Part shown: in pieces, positions 34,492 to 44,195 of the stretch
Layout: each line of letters starts with the position of its first letter
How positions within the stretch are numbered: the stretch's first letter is position 1
Source: Myxococcota bacterium
Lineage (GTDB): Bacteria > Myxococcota_A > UBA796 > CAJQPC01
DNA: 64,000 nucleotides
Direction of reading: 5' to 3'
NCBI GenBank assembly: GCA_036229005.1
Contig: JAZAMN010000020.1
Coordinates: forward strand, 192,001-256,000
Notes under the pieces: generated by a model
Seen by the model: only the letters and a program-made list of their open reading frames with translations
Database searches by the model: none
What the model was told of the DNA's origin: nothing
Translations under genes and position numbers: made by a program

Positions 34492-34578
34492 GGCGGGGAG
34501 TATAGCCAGTTCACCGCGGCCGTTGAATGCCACCGTCCGGCGCCCGTAAGGAGCGCTCACCCCCAGCGCGGACGGCTC

Positions 34579-36510
34579 GTGTCTCCCCTGCTCCTGCTGG
34601 CCTGCCTGGGCCGGCCCACCCCCCACAGTCCTGAGCCCGCGGCCGCCGTTGCCGTACAGACCGTGCTCCCCGTGTCCGGCCCGGTCCGCTCAGAGGGCGA
34701 GGCGACTGTGTTCGGTTCCCCTGACTGGCGGGTCGTCGCGGTCACCGACGGCGGGGCGATCCGCAGCAGCGAGGTCCGCGGGATGCAGCTCGTCCGCAGC
34801 GATGGGGGGCACACAGACTGGCTCCCCGTCGCCGCCGGGACCTGCCAGCCCACCCAGGCGGCGCGGATCGTGTTCTGTGACCGCCGGGACTACGTGGACC
34901 TGGAGACCGGGCAGGTCCTGGCGAGCCACCCCTGGGCGCCCAACACGCCACAGACCTCAGCCGTGCTCCCCGACGGCTGGATCGCCCACATCGAGGGCTC
35001 GGCGCTGCGGGTACAGAACGCGTTCGGGGGAGGATCCGACACAGTCGAACTCCCGACCCCACCGACCGGCATTGCAGCCCTCCCTGGCGGCAGACTGCAG
35101 GTGAGCGCCGGCGAGGACGGGGGCATCTTCCTGATGCTGGACGGACACCTGGGCCAGGTCTCCCGGGGTCCCGGTCGCGGCGGCGAGCGCTGGGTCACAC
35201 AGTACACCGAGCGCGGCGCTGGCGCGCTGTTCAACGAGGGCGAGGTGCTCTTCCAGGTGGGCAACGCGGGCCGCAGCGCCTTCATCGACCACGTCTACCG
35301 CGTGGGCCAGATGCGGGTGTCCGGAGACAGCACACAGTTCGCCGCCGTGCTGGAGTTCGACCACCCCGAGACCGGCTACGAGCGCCGGGTGCAGTGGTAC
35401 CGGGTGCACCCCTACCACTTCGAGTTCATCGCCGAGCGCCCCCTGGACCGCGGAGATTGGCTCTACCCCACCCCCCACGGAGTGGTCCTGGTGGAGTGGC
35501 TGGACGGCGACCTCCACATCGAGGGTCCCGGCGGCACCCTCGCCGTGCTGGAGGAGCTCCCACAGAGCATGCACCCCCAGGTCAGCGGGGACGGCGCTCT
35601 GTGGCACCTGGGCGAGTACGGCACCACCCTGGACCCCCTGACCTGGCAGGTCTCCGGGCCCCGCCTCGCCAACCCGGGGCGCTCCCTGAGTGTCGTACAG
35701 ACCCGGGGTCCCTGGCGCGTGACCTGGGACGGGGAGACCAACGCGCTGTGGCGGGACGGGGTGTTCGTGCGCGCGCTGGACACCCGCTCTCTGGGGGGCC
35801 GGCCGGGGGGCTTCTCGGCGGACGGTGCCCGGCTGCTGGTGGGCACTCGGGTGGTGGAGACACAGAGCGGGGAGCTTCTGTACGACCTGGGGGACTGGCT
35901 CGAGGACGACGACCCCGAGCTGGCTCTGCACCCGGACGGCGAGACCGTGCTGGTCTTCTCCGAGGGGGCCGACGCAGACCAGATCAGCCGGGTGCGGCTC
36001 TCCGACGGAGAGTCTCTGTGGTCCACCCCCATCCCCCGCCGCAAGGCCAACGTGGTCACCACCCTGGCGCTCAGCGACGACGCACAGACCCTGGCCATCA
36101 GCCGCTGGCAGCGCGACCTGAGCCTGATCGATCTGGAGACCGGCGCGCTACAGTCCACCCACCGGATCGCGGGCATTCAGGAGGTGGCCTGGGGTCCCGC
36201 CGGCGAGCTCGCGCTACAGACCGCCCCCTTCACCGGGGGGACGGGCACCTACGTGCTAGAGAAGGGTCGCGTGCGGCGGGTGGAGGAGCGCACGGCCACC
36301 TACGTGGACTTCGACCCCCAAGGCCGGCTCGTGATGGCCTTCCAGAGGTGGGGCGAGCACCCCGGGAGCATCGAGCGCCTGGACCTGGAGAGCGGTGCGC
36401 TACAGACCATGGCCCTGCCCGTCAGCCTGCAGGGCCTGGAGGCCCACGGGGACCACGTCCTCCTGAGCGCCAGGTGGACCAGCGCGGTGTGGAGCCTGCC
36501 CTGGCCTTGA
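34579..36510 (+). CDS. Beta-propeller (WD40-like) lipoprotein
   Basis: GTG start, SPLLLLAC; FSADGARL, LHPDGETV, LALSDDAQTL, FDPQGRL. Confidence 0.7.
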   Translation: MSPLLLLACLGRPTPHSPEPAAAVAVQTVLPVSGPVRSEGEATVFGSPDWRVVAVTDGGAIRSSEVRGMQLVRSDGGHTDWLPVAAGTCQPTQAARIVFCDRRDYVDLETGQVLASHPWAPNTPQTSAVLPDGWIAHIEGSALRVQNAFGGGSDTVELPTPPTGIAALPGGRLQVSAGEDGGIFLMLDGHLGQVSRGPGRGGERWVTQYTERGAGALFNEGEVLFQVGNAGRSAFIDHVYRVGQMRVSGDSTQFAAVLEFDHPETGYERRVQWYRVHPYHFEFIAERPLDRGDWLYPTPHGVVLVEWLDGDLHIEGPGGTLAVLEELPQSMHPQVSGDGALWHLGEYGTTLDPLTWQVSGPRLANPGRSLSVVQTRGPWRVTWDGETNALWRDGVFVRALDTRSLGGRPGGFSADGARLLVGTRVVETQSGELLYDLGDWLEDDDPELALHPDGETVLVFSEGADADQISRVRLSDGESLWSTPIPRRKANVVTTLALSDDAQTLAISRWQRDLSLIDLETGALQSTHRIAGIQEVAWGPAGELALQTAPFTGGTGTYVLEKGRVRRVEERTATYVDFDPQGRLVMAFQRWGEHPGSIERLDLESGALQTMALPVSLQGLEAHGDHVLLSARWTSAVWSLPWP

Positions 36511-36543
36511 GTTAGGGGGAGGGCTCAGCCGGACCTCGCCTGC

Positions 36544-36924
36544 ATGCACCAGCCTGGACAGATCCATTGGTTCACCCTGCCGTCCGGCGGTGGGGAGCAG
36601 TCTGTGCCACACCCACATCTGCTCCTCTCCGTACAAGGAGACCCCTTGCACGCCCGGCTGCTTGAGGAGGGGAGGCCAGCGGGCGGCGTGGCCCTCGTGC
36701 TCTGTGGGCTCACCACCAACATGGCACGGGCCTCCTGGCAGGGCAACACAGTCCTGGACGCCGGCGAGGCCGGGCTGGAGCGCGCCAGCGTGGTGGAGCT
36801 CTCCAAGCTGGTCTGTGTGGGCCCCGAGCAGCTTGGGGAGTTCGTGGGGGTGCTTGGAGCGCGGCGCTGGGCCGAGGTGTGGGGGAAGCTGGAGTGGCTG
36901 TTGGTGGGGCGGGCGCGGCGCTGA
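36544..36924 (+). CDS. PemK/MazF-like toxin-family protein
   Basis: PGQIHW...PHPHLL...LCGLTTN..RA..GN..LDAGEAGL..ASVV..SK...LGEFVG. Confidence 0.6.
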   Translation: MHQPGQIHWFTLPSGGGEQSVPHPHLLLSVQGDPLHARLLEEGRPAGGVALVLCGLTTNMARASWQGNTVLDAGEAGLERASVVELSKLVCVGPEQLGEFVGVLGARRWAEVWGKLEWLLVGRARR

Positions 36925-36928
36925 GGGG

Positions 36929-37609
36929 TCACAGGAGGTCGGACACGCCAGACTGGGTGCGGATGAGCACCCCTTGTGTGGGTGGGGCTGGCAGGTGGGT
37001 CTCCGTCACATAGTCGACCTCCCACAGAAAGACCGCGTCGTCCGCAAGGACCTCTGCCTGCCCGGCGCTGGCGGGGAAGACGCAGGTGTCGATGTCGGAG
37101 GACTCGGGGTCCGTGCGGTGCGAGAGCCGGACCACCAGCAAGCCCTGTTCCGTGGGAGTCCAGCTCACCTTCAGCGAGGCGCCGTGCGGCTGCTCTTCGA
37201 CCTGGACCTGGAGGTCCACCCACGGCGGGACTGTGATGGGTTCCTCCAACTGGAAGGCCGGGATGTCATCCCCTGTGGACCGCACGGTCATGGCGCTGCC
37301 CCCCGGCCAGCCCGACACCGTCGACTCCAGCGGCTCGCCGTCCAGGCTCACCTGCACCTCTCCCGCGGAGTACCAAGGGCCATCTGTGATGGTAGCGTAC
37401 CGCGACGTGCAGTCCCCCGGCTCAAGTACGGGGAGGCTGCCCCGACTCACCCAGTGCGATGCCCGGGTGCTGCGGCCGTCGACGTCTCCTCTTCCGTCCA
37501 GATAGACGACGGCGTACAGTTCCTCGAAGGGGATGGGCTCACCGCTGTCCACGCCTGTGTCGAGGCCGGTGTGCGGGGAGGGGGTGGTGCAGGCGAGGAG
37601 GAGGAGCAT
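36929..37609 (-). CDS. Hypothetical lipoprotein
   Basis: MLLLLAC lipobox. Confidence 0.7.
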   Translation of the reverse strand: MLLLLACTTPSPHTGLDTGVDSGEPIPFEELYAVVYLDGRGDVDGRSTRASHWVSRGSLPVLEPGDCTSRYATITDGPWYSAGEVQVSLDGEPLESTVSGWPGGSAMTVRSTGDDIPAFQLEEPITVPPWVDLQVQVEEQPHGASLKVSWTPTEQGLLVVRLSHRTDPESSDIDTCVFPASAGQAEVLADDAVFLWEVDYVTETHLPAPPTQGVLIRTQSGVSDLL

Positions 37610-37672
37610 GGGTTCCCGCAGTGTTGAGCTTGACGAGGGTCAGTGTACCCGCCGCTCAGAGGAACACAGCCC

Positions 37673-38572
37673 TCAGAGGAATACACCCGCCAGGACCGTG
37701 CCCTCGATCGCCTGCTCGGAGACGATGATGCCCTCGCGGTCCACGCGCAGCAGGCCGCGGCCGCGGCTGAGCAGGACGAGCTCCTGGCTGCCGGGGTCCC
37801 AGCCGCAGGCGACGATGTCGCCCAGGATGTCCGTGGGGGCCAGCCAAGGGTCTGTGTCACCTCCGGCGAGCGCCTCGATGCTGCGGGCGTTCCCGCCCAC
37901 ATCACAGACCATGGGCTGGCCGCCCTGGCCCAGGAAGAGGTCGGTGGTGCGGGTGCGGCTGGTGTCGTAGCGCTGGAGCACGGTCCAGCCGTCGCTGGTG
38001 CCCTGGAGGAGGCGGAGGCTGCCGTCTTCGTAGTCGACCACATACAGACCCTGGGCGCCGTCGTGGTGGACGTGCAGCAGCTCGCCGAAGCTGACGCCGG
38101 AGATCTGGGTGACCACGCCGTTGTTGTTGCGGTACAGGTTGGTCTGTGTTCCGACAATGAGCTGGCCGTTGACCCGGGTGACGTCCTGAGGGCCCAACGG
38201 GAGCTGCCCGAGCTGGACGCCCGCGCCCAGGTCGTAGATCGCCCCGTCCTCCAGCACGCCGGCCAGGTGGCTGTCGTCCTGGAGGGCGAACGCGAGCTCG
38301 ATCTCCTGCTTGCCCAGCAGAGTGGGCGCGCCGCCGACGGGCAGCTCCGTGAGCATGCGGGTGCTCAGGTCGCTGGACAAGGACACGGCCCAGCCGCCCA
38401 GCTCAGGGTCCCCCACCGGGGGGTTTGTGTCCTGGGGGTCGCTGTCCTGGGGGTCGGTGTCCGGCAGGTGGGTGTCGGCCAGACAGTCCTCGCCTGCGGC
38501 GCAGTCGATTCCGGCAGGCTGGAAGAGCACACAGCCTGAGAGGTGGGCCAGGACGGCGGGCAGCAGAGACAT
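37673..38572 (-). CDS. Hypothetical lipoprotein, probable beta-propeller
   Basis: LSGC lipobox; DTDPQDS linker. Confidence 0.7.
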   Translation of the reverse strand: MSLLPAVLAHLSGCVLFQPAGIDCAAGEDCLADTHLPDTDPQDSDPQDTNPPVGDPELGGWAVSLSSDLSTRMLTELPVGGAPTLLGKQEIELAFALQDDSHLAGVLEDGAIYDLGAGVQLGQLPLGPQDVTRVNGQLIVGTQTNLYRNNNGVVTQISGVSFGELLHVHHDGAQGLYVVDYEDGSLRLLQGTSDGWTVLQRYDTSRTRTTDLFLGQGGQPMVCDVGGNARSIEALAGGDTDPWLAPTDILGDIVACGWDPGSQELVLLSRGRGLLRVDREGIIVSEQAIEGTVLAGVFL

Positions 38573-38581
38573 GCCCTCGAC

Positions 38582-40108
38582 CTACACCGCTTGTCGTGCT
38601 TTGGCCACCCGCCGGCGCAGGAGTCCGGGCAGCAGCACAAACACAAAGGCCCAGCTCCCTCGGCAGCCGGGGCCGGTGGCGTCGGGAGCGGGCAGGACCA
38701 TGTGGCCGGCGCCCACGCGGTTGTCGGGGTCGGCCCAGGTGGGCTCGAGGGGGCGGTGGGCCTGGGACTGGAGCCAGTCGGCGGCGTCGCGGGCGGTCCA
38801 GGTGGGGTGGGCGGACATGACGACGGCGATGGTGGCAGCGGCGGCAGGGCTGGCGGCGCTGGTGCCGTAGAAGCCGGTGGGACCGTAGACGGAGCTGCTC
38901 AGGCCGTCGGGGGCGACGATGTCGGGCTTGAGGTGGCCGGCCTGGTTGGGGCCCTGGCTGGAGAAGGCCTCCAGGTTGCCCAGGTAGTTGGTGCTGGGGG
39001 CGGCGCCGACGGTGAAGGCCAGCGGGTGGGTGCCGGGGTCGGTGACGCTGCCCTGGGCCATGCTGCCCTCGACGCGGCCGGAGGTGCTGATGAGGTTCCA
39101 GCGGAAGTCGTCGTCCCCGGCGGTGCGGACGAGCTTGAGATAGGTCCACTGGTCCTCCTCCAGCCAGGCGCCGATGCGCTCGACGGGCTCGCAGCCGCCC
39201 TTGCCGGCGAGGTCGCGGGTGGCGCGGTCCAGGAGGGTGCCGTCCTCGGCGTAGAGGAAGAGGTCGACGTTGGTGTCGCCGCACTTGCCGTAGTCGTCCC
39301 AGTGGACGGAGAGGCCTCGGCGCTTGCCGGCGGTGAGGAAGATGGGGAGGAGGTCGCCGCCCTCGGCGAAGTCGTGGACGCCGTCGCCGTCGGGGTCGTT
39401 GAACTGGGCCTGGTAGTGGCCGCGGGCGTAGTTTCCGGCGGAGGTGACCAGCAGGACGCCGCCCTCGGAGAGGGACTCCACCACGTCGCCGGCGGGGCCG
39501 GTGCCGTCGTAGAAGCTGGAGTTGAAGAAGCTCATGGAGAGCGTGAGGACGTCGATCTCGTTGCGGATGGCCCAGGCGGCGGCGTTCTCGAAGGTGGTGA
39601 GGCCGTTGACGCGGACCAGGTGGAGTTCGACCTGGGGGGCGAGGTCGCGGACCACCTCGGCGCAGGCCAGGCCGTGGGCACCGACCTCGTAGGCAAAGCG
39701 GGGGGCCAGGGAGTCGATGGGGGGCGTGCAGCCCTCCTGGGCCCAGCAGTCCCAGGACTCGAAGTCGCCGAGCTCGTCGGTCTCGAGCTCCGTGCCATAC
39801 CACTGGAGGTCCAGGACGGCGACCTTGACGCCCTGGCCCTGGTAGCCGGCGTCGTGCCAGGGCTGGAGGCCGATGGCGTCGATGCCCTCGCTGGCGCTCC
39901 ACTGGCCGAGCTCGATGACACCGACGGGCTCGGGGAGCCAGGCGCCGGACTCCGGGGGGGCCGCGAGCAGGGCGTGGGTAGCCGAGCGGGACAGGGCGCC
40001 GGGGGCGTTGGGGTCGGGGACGCGGACCAGCTCCTCGATGAGGAGGTCGCCGAGCTCGGGGTCCTGGGCGTGGGCGGGGCTCAGGAGGGTGGCGAGGAGG
40101 GGCAGCAC
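38582..40108 (-). CDS. S8 (subtilisin-like) serine peptidase with C-terminal sorting tail
   Basis: VAVLD, HGLACAE, SAGN, FSSQGP, GTSAASP; GC..hydrophobic..RRR tail; GTG start 6 nt after TACCCT. Confidence 0.88.
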   Translation of the reverse strand: MLPLLATLLSPAHAQDPELGDLLIEELVRVPDPNAPGALSRSATHALLAAPPESGAWLPEPVGVIELGQWSASEGIDAIGLQPWHDAGYQGQGVKVAVLDLQWYGTELETDELGDFESWDCWAQEGCTPPIDSLAPRFAYEVGAHGLACAEVVRDLAPQVELHLVRVNGLTTFENAAAWAIRNEIDVLTLSMSFFNSSFYDGTGPAGDVVESLSEGGVLLVTSAGNYARGHYQAQFNDPDGDGVHDFAEGGDLLPIFLTAGKRRGLSVHWDDYGKCGDTNVDLFLYAEDGTLLDRATRDLAGKGGCEPVERIGAWLEEDQWTYLKLVRTAGDDDFRWNLISTSGRVEGSMAQGSVTDPGTHPLAFTVGAAPSTNYLGNLEAFSSQGPNQAGHLKPDIVAPDGLSSSVYGPTGFYGTSAASPAAAATIAVVMSAHPTWTARDAADWLQSQAHRPLEPTWADPDNRVGAGHMVLPAPDATGPGCRGSWAFVFVLLPGLLRRRVAKARQAV

Positions 40109-40599
40109 GCCGAGAGGGTAGCCGAGTTGGGGTGGGTGATGGGGCACGAGGGGGGTGGGTGAAATGGCACAAGGCGAGGCACGAAGGGTCGGGACGCGGC
40201 GAGGGGGCCTCGTGAGGGCGGCGGCGACGGCCGGCGACCGGAAACCGGCGATGACCTGGGAGGAAGCTTCGTTGGTGGTGGCAGCCGACTTGTGGCGGCG
40301 TATCGGGGAGGGCCCTCGCGACGCGAGAGGCCACGGGGTCGGAGAGGGCGGCGGAGCGGGTTCGGCGATGACCGCGCTGCGATCAGCACAACGCCATGCC
40401 CCGATACCTGCCTCCTGACTCCTGACTCCCGGCCCCCCTCATTCCCCTCGGTCAGAGCCTCCACCACCCGAGCCTCCCCTCCCCGTCATGCCGGTCTCCG
40501 GTCGCCTGTCGCCGGTCGCCCGCAGTCCAAGCCAGCCCAAAGCGCCCAGCCAGATCCACCAACGCCAAAGCCGGCACACATCTTGCTCCGGTCGCGCGC

Positions 40600-41937
40600 A
40601 TGACGCCTCAAGACCTCGCCGCCTGGGACCGCCCGGGCCCCCGCTACACCAGCTACCCCACCGTCCCGCTGTGGAAGCCCATCGAGCGCTCGGACATCGC
40701 CCAGGCGCTCAGCGGGCTCTCGGAGCAGGCGCAGGTCTATGTGCACCTGCCCTTCTGCGCGGAGCAGTGCTCGTTCTGCGGGTGCACGCAGGTGGTGGCC
40801 GGCCGCCAGAGCGCGGGCGACAAGTACCTGGACGCGCTGCAGGCGCAGGTGGAGAACCTGGAGCTGCCCGCCCAGCGGGTGCCCGTGCAGCGCATCCACC
40901 TGGGGGGTGGGACGCCGACCTGGATGGACCTGCCGCAGCTTGAGCGGCTGCACAGCATCCTGATGAGCCGCTTCGACCCCCAGCCGGGCGCGGAGCTCTC
41001 GGTGGAGGGCGATCCGCAGATCACGACCATCGAGCAGCTCGAGCTGCTCACCGAGCAGGGCTACCGCCGCCTGTCCCTGGGCGTGCAGAGCTTCCACGAC
41101 CAGGTGCTGCAGGCCGTGCACCGGCCCCAGCTCGTGGACCGCGTGCCCCTGCTGCTGGAGAAGGCCCGCTCCCTGGGGTGGACCGGCCTGAACCTGGACC
41201 TGATGTACGGGCTGCCCTACCAACAGCCCGAGGTGCTGCGCCGCGACCTGGAGCACGCGGTCGATCTGCAGCCCGACCGGGTCGCGGTGTTCGGCTACGC
41301 GCACGTGCCCTGGATCCGACGCCACCAGCGCCGCATCAACGAGGCCACGCTCCCGGGCACCATGGCGCGCGCGGAGTCCGCGCTGATCGCCCAGGAGGTG
41401 TTCACCGAGGCCGGGTACGTGGCCATCGGGATGGACCACTTCGCCAAGGCCGACGACGCGCTGGCCATCGCCCAGGCCAAGGGCGAGCTGACGCGGAACT
41501 TCATGGGCTACATGCCCGGCCCACAGGCGGACATGATCGGTCTGGGCGTCTCTTCGATCTCCCAGGTCCAGGGCACCTTCTGGCAACAGTCCAGCCGGCT
41601 CGCGCCCTGGCAGCGCGAGGCGCTGGGGGGCAGCCTGGAGCCGGAGCGCGGCTGGGTGTCTTCGGGCGAAGACCTGCTGCGGGAGTGGTGCATCGCCGAG
41701 CTGATGTGCCACATGCGCCTGGACGCCGACCGGCTGCGGGAGCGCTTCTCCGTCGAGTTCAAGGACCACTTCGCGGACGCGGTCGATGGCCTCCAGGACC
41801 TGGTCCACGCTGGGCTCGTACAGGTCGACGCGCACGGCGTGCAGGTGAAGGAAGAAGGCCGCCCTCTGCTGCGCCTGGCCGCCGCGCCCTTCGACGCCTG
41901 GCGGGGCGGCGGCGCGAGGTACTCTCGGGCCGTGTGA
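40600..41937 (+). CDS. hemN: Oxygen-independent coproporphyrinogen III oxidase
   Basis: GPRYTSYPT, HLPFCxxxCxxC, GGGTPT, GMDHFA, RNFMGY. Confidence 0.93.
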   Translation: MTPQDLAAWDRPGPRYTSYPTVPLWKPIERSDIAQALSGLSEQAQVYVHLPFCAEQCSFCGCTQVVAGRQSAGDKYLDALQAQVENLELPAQRVPVQRIHLGGGTPTWMDLPQLERLHSILMSRFDPQPGAELSVEGDPQITTIEQLELLTEQGYRRLSLGVQSFHDQVLQAVHRPQLVDRVPLLLEKARSLGWTGLNLDLMYGLPYQQPEVLRRDLEHAVDLQPDRVAVFGYAHVPWIRRHQRRINEATLPGTMARAESALIAQEVFTEAGYVAIGMDHFAKADDALAIAQAKGELTRNFMGYMPGPQADMIGLGVSSISQVQGTFWQQSSRLAPWQREALGGSLEPERGWVSSGEDLLREWCIAELMCHMRLDADRLRERFSVEFKDHFADAVDGLQDLVHAGLVQVDAHGVQVKEEGRPLLRLAAAPFDAWRGGGARYSRAV

Positions 41938-41943
41938 GGGCCC

Positions 41944-42639
41944 ATGGATCACGCCGACCTCCGCGCGGAGCTGCTGGCCGGGCTGCGAGCCCAGGCCGAC
42001 CCCGAGCGCGCCGCCCAGATGGAGCGCTACATGAAGGGTCAGGCGCGCTACTGGGGCGTGCCAAAGCCGGCGTTGAAGGGTCTGCTTGCGGGTGTCCTCG
42101 CTGGTGGGGACAAGCTGAGCTGGGTGGACGCGCGGGACACGGCCCAGGCGGTGTGGTCGCAGGCTGAGAGACGGGAGGAGCAGTACCTCGCCCTCCTCCT
42201 GACGGGAGCACAGCGCCACCGGAGGCACCTGCGGCTGGCCGAGCTGCCGCTCTTTGAGCGCTGGATCGTCGAGGGGGCGTGGTGGGACCTGGTCGACGAC
42301 TTGGCGGTCAACCGCCTGGGGCCCATGTACGCGGAGCCTCAGCGCATGGAGGCGGAGATGCGCGCGTGGGCCGAGGACGCGGATCTGTGGAAGCGGCGCT
42401 CGGCGATCCTCAGCCAGCTCAAGCGCCGGGAGCAGACGGACACGGAGCTGCTGGAGGCCTGCATCCTGCCCAGCATCGAGCGCCCGGAGTTCTGGCTGCG
42501 CAAGGCGATCGGCTGGGTGCTGCGGCAGTACGCGCGGACGGACCCGGACTGGGTGGTGGCCTTCGTCGCGGACCACCCGGAGATGAGCGGGCTGTCGCGG
42601 CGCGAGGCGACCAAGCACCTGGGGGGCTACGCCGGCTGA
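41944..42639 (+). CDS. AlkD-like DNA alkylation repair protein
   Basis: RYMK, WWDLVD, DLWKRR, EFWLRKAIGWVLRQY, LSRREATKHL. Confidence 0.88.
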   Translation: MDHADLRAELLAGLRAQADPERAAQMERYMKGQARYWGVPKPALKGLLAGVLAGGDKLSWVDARDTAQAVWSQAERREEQYLALLLTGAQRHRRHLRLAELPLFERWIVEGAWWDLVDDLAVNRLGPMYAEPQRMEAEMRAWAEDADLWKRRSAILSQLKRREQTDTELLEACILPSIERPEFWLRKAIGWVLRQYARTDPDWVVAFVADHPEMSGLSRREATKHLGGYAG

Positions 42640-42920
42640 ATGAGCTCCACCCCCAGGCTAGGCCCTCTCAATGAGCGATTCGCTGAGGCTACGGCGTCTC
42701 GGTGAGCGAATCGACGACCGATTGGGCCCTGGAGCACCGAAAGCGGCGTGTTTTCAGCCCAGATCGGCCAGTCTGAGGGCAGATCGGTGGGTTCAGCGCT
42801 CACTGGTGGGCCGTAGCCTCAGGCGAGCGCTCATTGAGAGCCCGTAGCCAGGGGTGGGCGCTCATTGAAGGCCCGTAGCCACGGCTGGGCGCTCATTGGG
42901 ACCCCGTAGCCACGCTCAAG
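42639..42920. repeat. Intergenic 31-bp-period repeat element, 3 inverted + 4 direct units
   Basis: GCGCTCATTG-N-CCGTAGCC units at 42797, 42828, 42859, 42890; reverse-complement units at 42639, 42670, 42701 (last partial). Confidence 0.85.
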
Positions 42921-42999
42921 CCGGCCTGTCCTCAACGTCAGAGGGGTGTGGGTTGCGTGGGCAGGGCCGGGAAGTGAAGAGGTGGGCCGGAGACTGACC

Positions 43000-44163
43000 A
43001 TGCTGCCGCTGTTCCTCTTGTTTTCCTGCTCCAACCCCGCACTCCAGGAGGAGTACGAGGCCCGGAAGGCCGCCGCGCTGAGTGCGCCGGGTGAGGTGCC
43101 CAAGGGCTGGGAGGCGGAGGGCGCGCTGCGCATGTGTGGGCCGGCGATGGAGCAGATGCTGGGGACGGCGATCGCGCGGGAGTCCAAGGCGGCCAAGCCC
43201 ATGGACGTCAAGGGGATGGGGACCATCAAGCCGGTGCTGGAGCTCAAGAGCTTCAAGCTCATCGAGCCGGCGTGCAAGGAGTGCGTGGGGACAAAGGGGC
43301 GTCTGGAGGGCAACGCCGAGGTGAAGGTCGCCGGGATCAAGACAAAGATTCCCTTCAAGGCCAACTTTGAGATGGACTTGCGCTTCTCGTCGGAGCAGCG
43401 GGGGGAGCGGCGGCACATCGTGCTGACACCGCAGGAGGTGCGCAAGCTCAAGGTGAAGTTCGAGGGCGCGGCGCCCATGAACCTGTCGGGCGTGGTCGAG
43501 AAGTACGGCGCGCAGGTGCTGGCGCAGATCGACCCGGTGGACCTGGGCGACCTGGGCGGGCCGGAGCTGCACCTGCGGGACGCGCGGGTGGTCGGAGACG
43601 GCGGCTGCATGCGGATCGAGCTGCTCACGGACGCGCCGGAGCCCGCCGCGGTGGGCAAGTGGCCGAAGGCCCCGGAGGAGGGCTGGCAGGCGGTGGTGAG
43701 CGAAGAGGCGCTGCTGGCCATCGCGCGCCGGGAGGCCTTCGCGATGGGCGACGTCGCCGATGGGATGGGGATCTACGCGGAGCCGACCTCTCTGGACGTG
43801 GACGGCGATGCCTTCACCCTGGGGCTTCGGGTGTGGCGGCTCGGTGGCCCTGACTGGTGGCGGGACTACACCCTCAAGGGCTCGTTGGCGGTCACGGGTC
43901 AGGAGCTGGTGCTGGCCGCAGACGAGGTCATCGAGGGCCCGAAGTCCGAGGGCGCTGGCGTGGCCGACCCGCTGGCCCTGGTCGGCGAGGCGTACCTGAT
44001 GCGCATCCTCCAGGACTCGGCCCAGGGCGCGCTGCCGGCGGCCGACAGCTTCTCGATGGGGAGCTCCCAGTGGTCTGTGGTCACGGAGGACGCCCGGGGT
44101 GTGGGTGACAGCCTGGTGATCAGTGGGAAGATCCAGATCGGAAAGAGCAAGAAGGCCCGGTGA
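43000..44163 (+). CDS. Hypothetical lipoprotein
   Basis: MLPLFLLFSC lipobox; GGAG RBS. Confidence 0.75.
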   Translation: MLPLFLLFSCSNPALQEEYEARKAAALSAPGEVPKGWEAEGALRMCGPAMEQMLGTAIARESKAAKPMDVKGMGTIKPVLELKSFKLIEPACKECVGTKGRLEGNAEVKVAGIKTKIPFKANFEMDLRFSSEQRGERRHIVLTPQEVRKLKVKFEGAAPMNLSGVVEKYGAQVLAQIDPVDLGDLGGPELHLRDARVVGDGGCMRIELLTDAPEPAAVGKWPKAPEEGWQAVVSEEALLAIARREAFAMGDVADGMGIYAEPTSLDVDGDAFTLGLRVWRLGGPDWWRDYTLKGSLAVTGQELVLAADEVIEGPKSEGAGVADPLALVGEAYLMRILQDSAQGALPAADSFSMGSSQWSVVTEDARGVGDSLVISGKIQIGKSKKAR

Positions 44164-44195
44164 AGCGGTAGGATCGGCGCACCACAGAGGTCCCC

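Noticed and set aside
42639..42920. CRISPR or TIGR-like guide array
   Set aside because: Variable parts are only about 4-9 nt and resemble each other, units occur in both orientations, and no cas or Nop-domain gene is nearby
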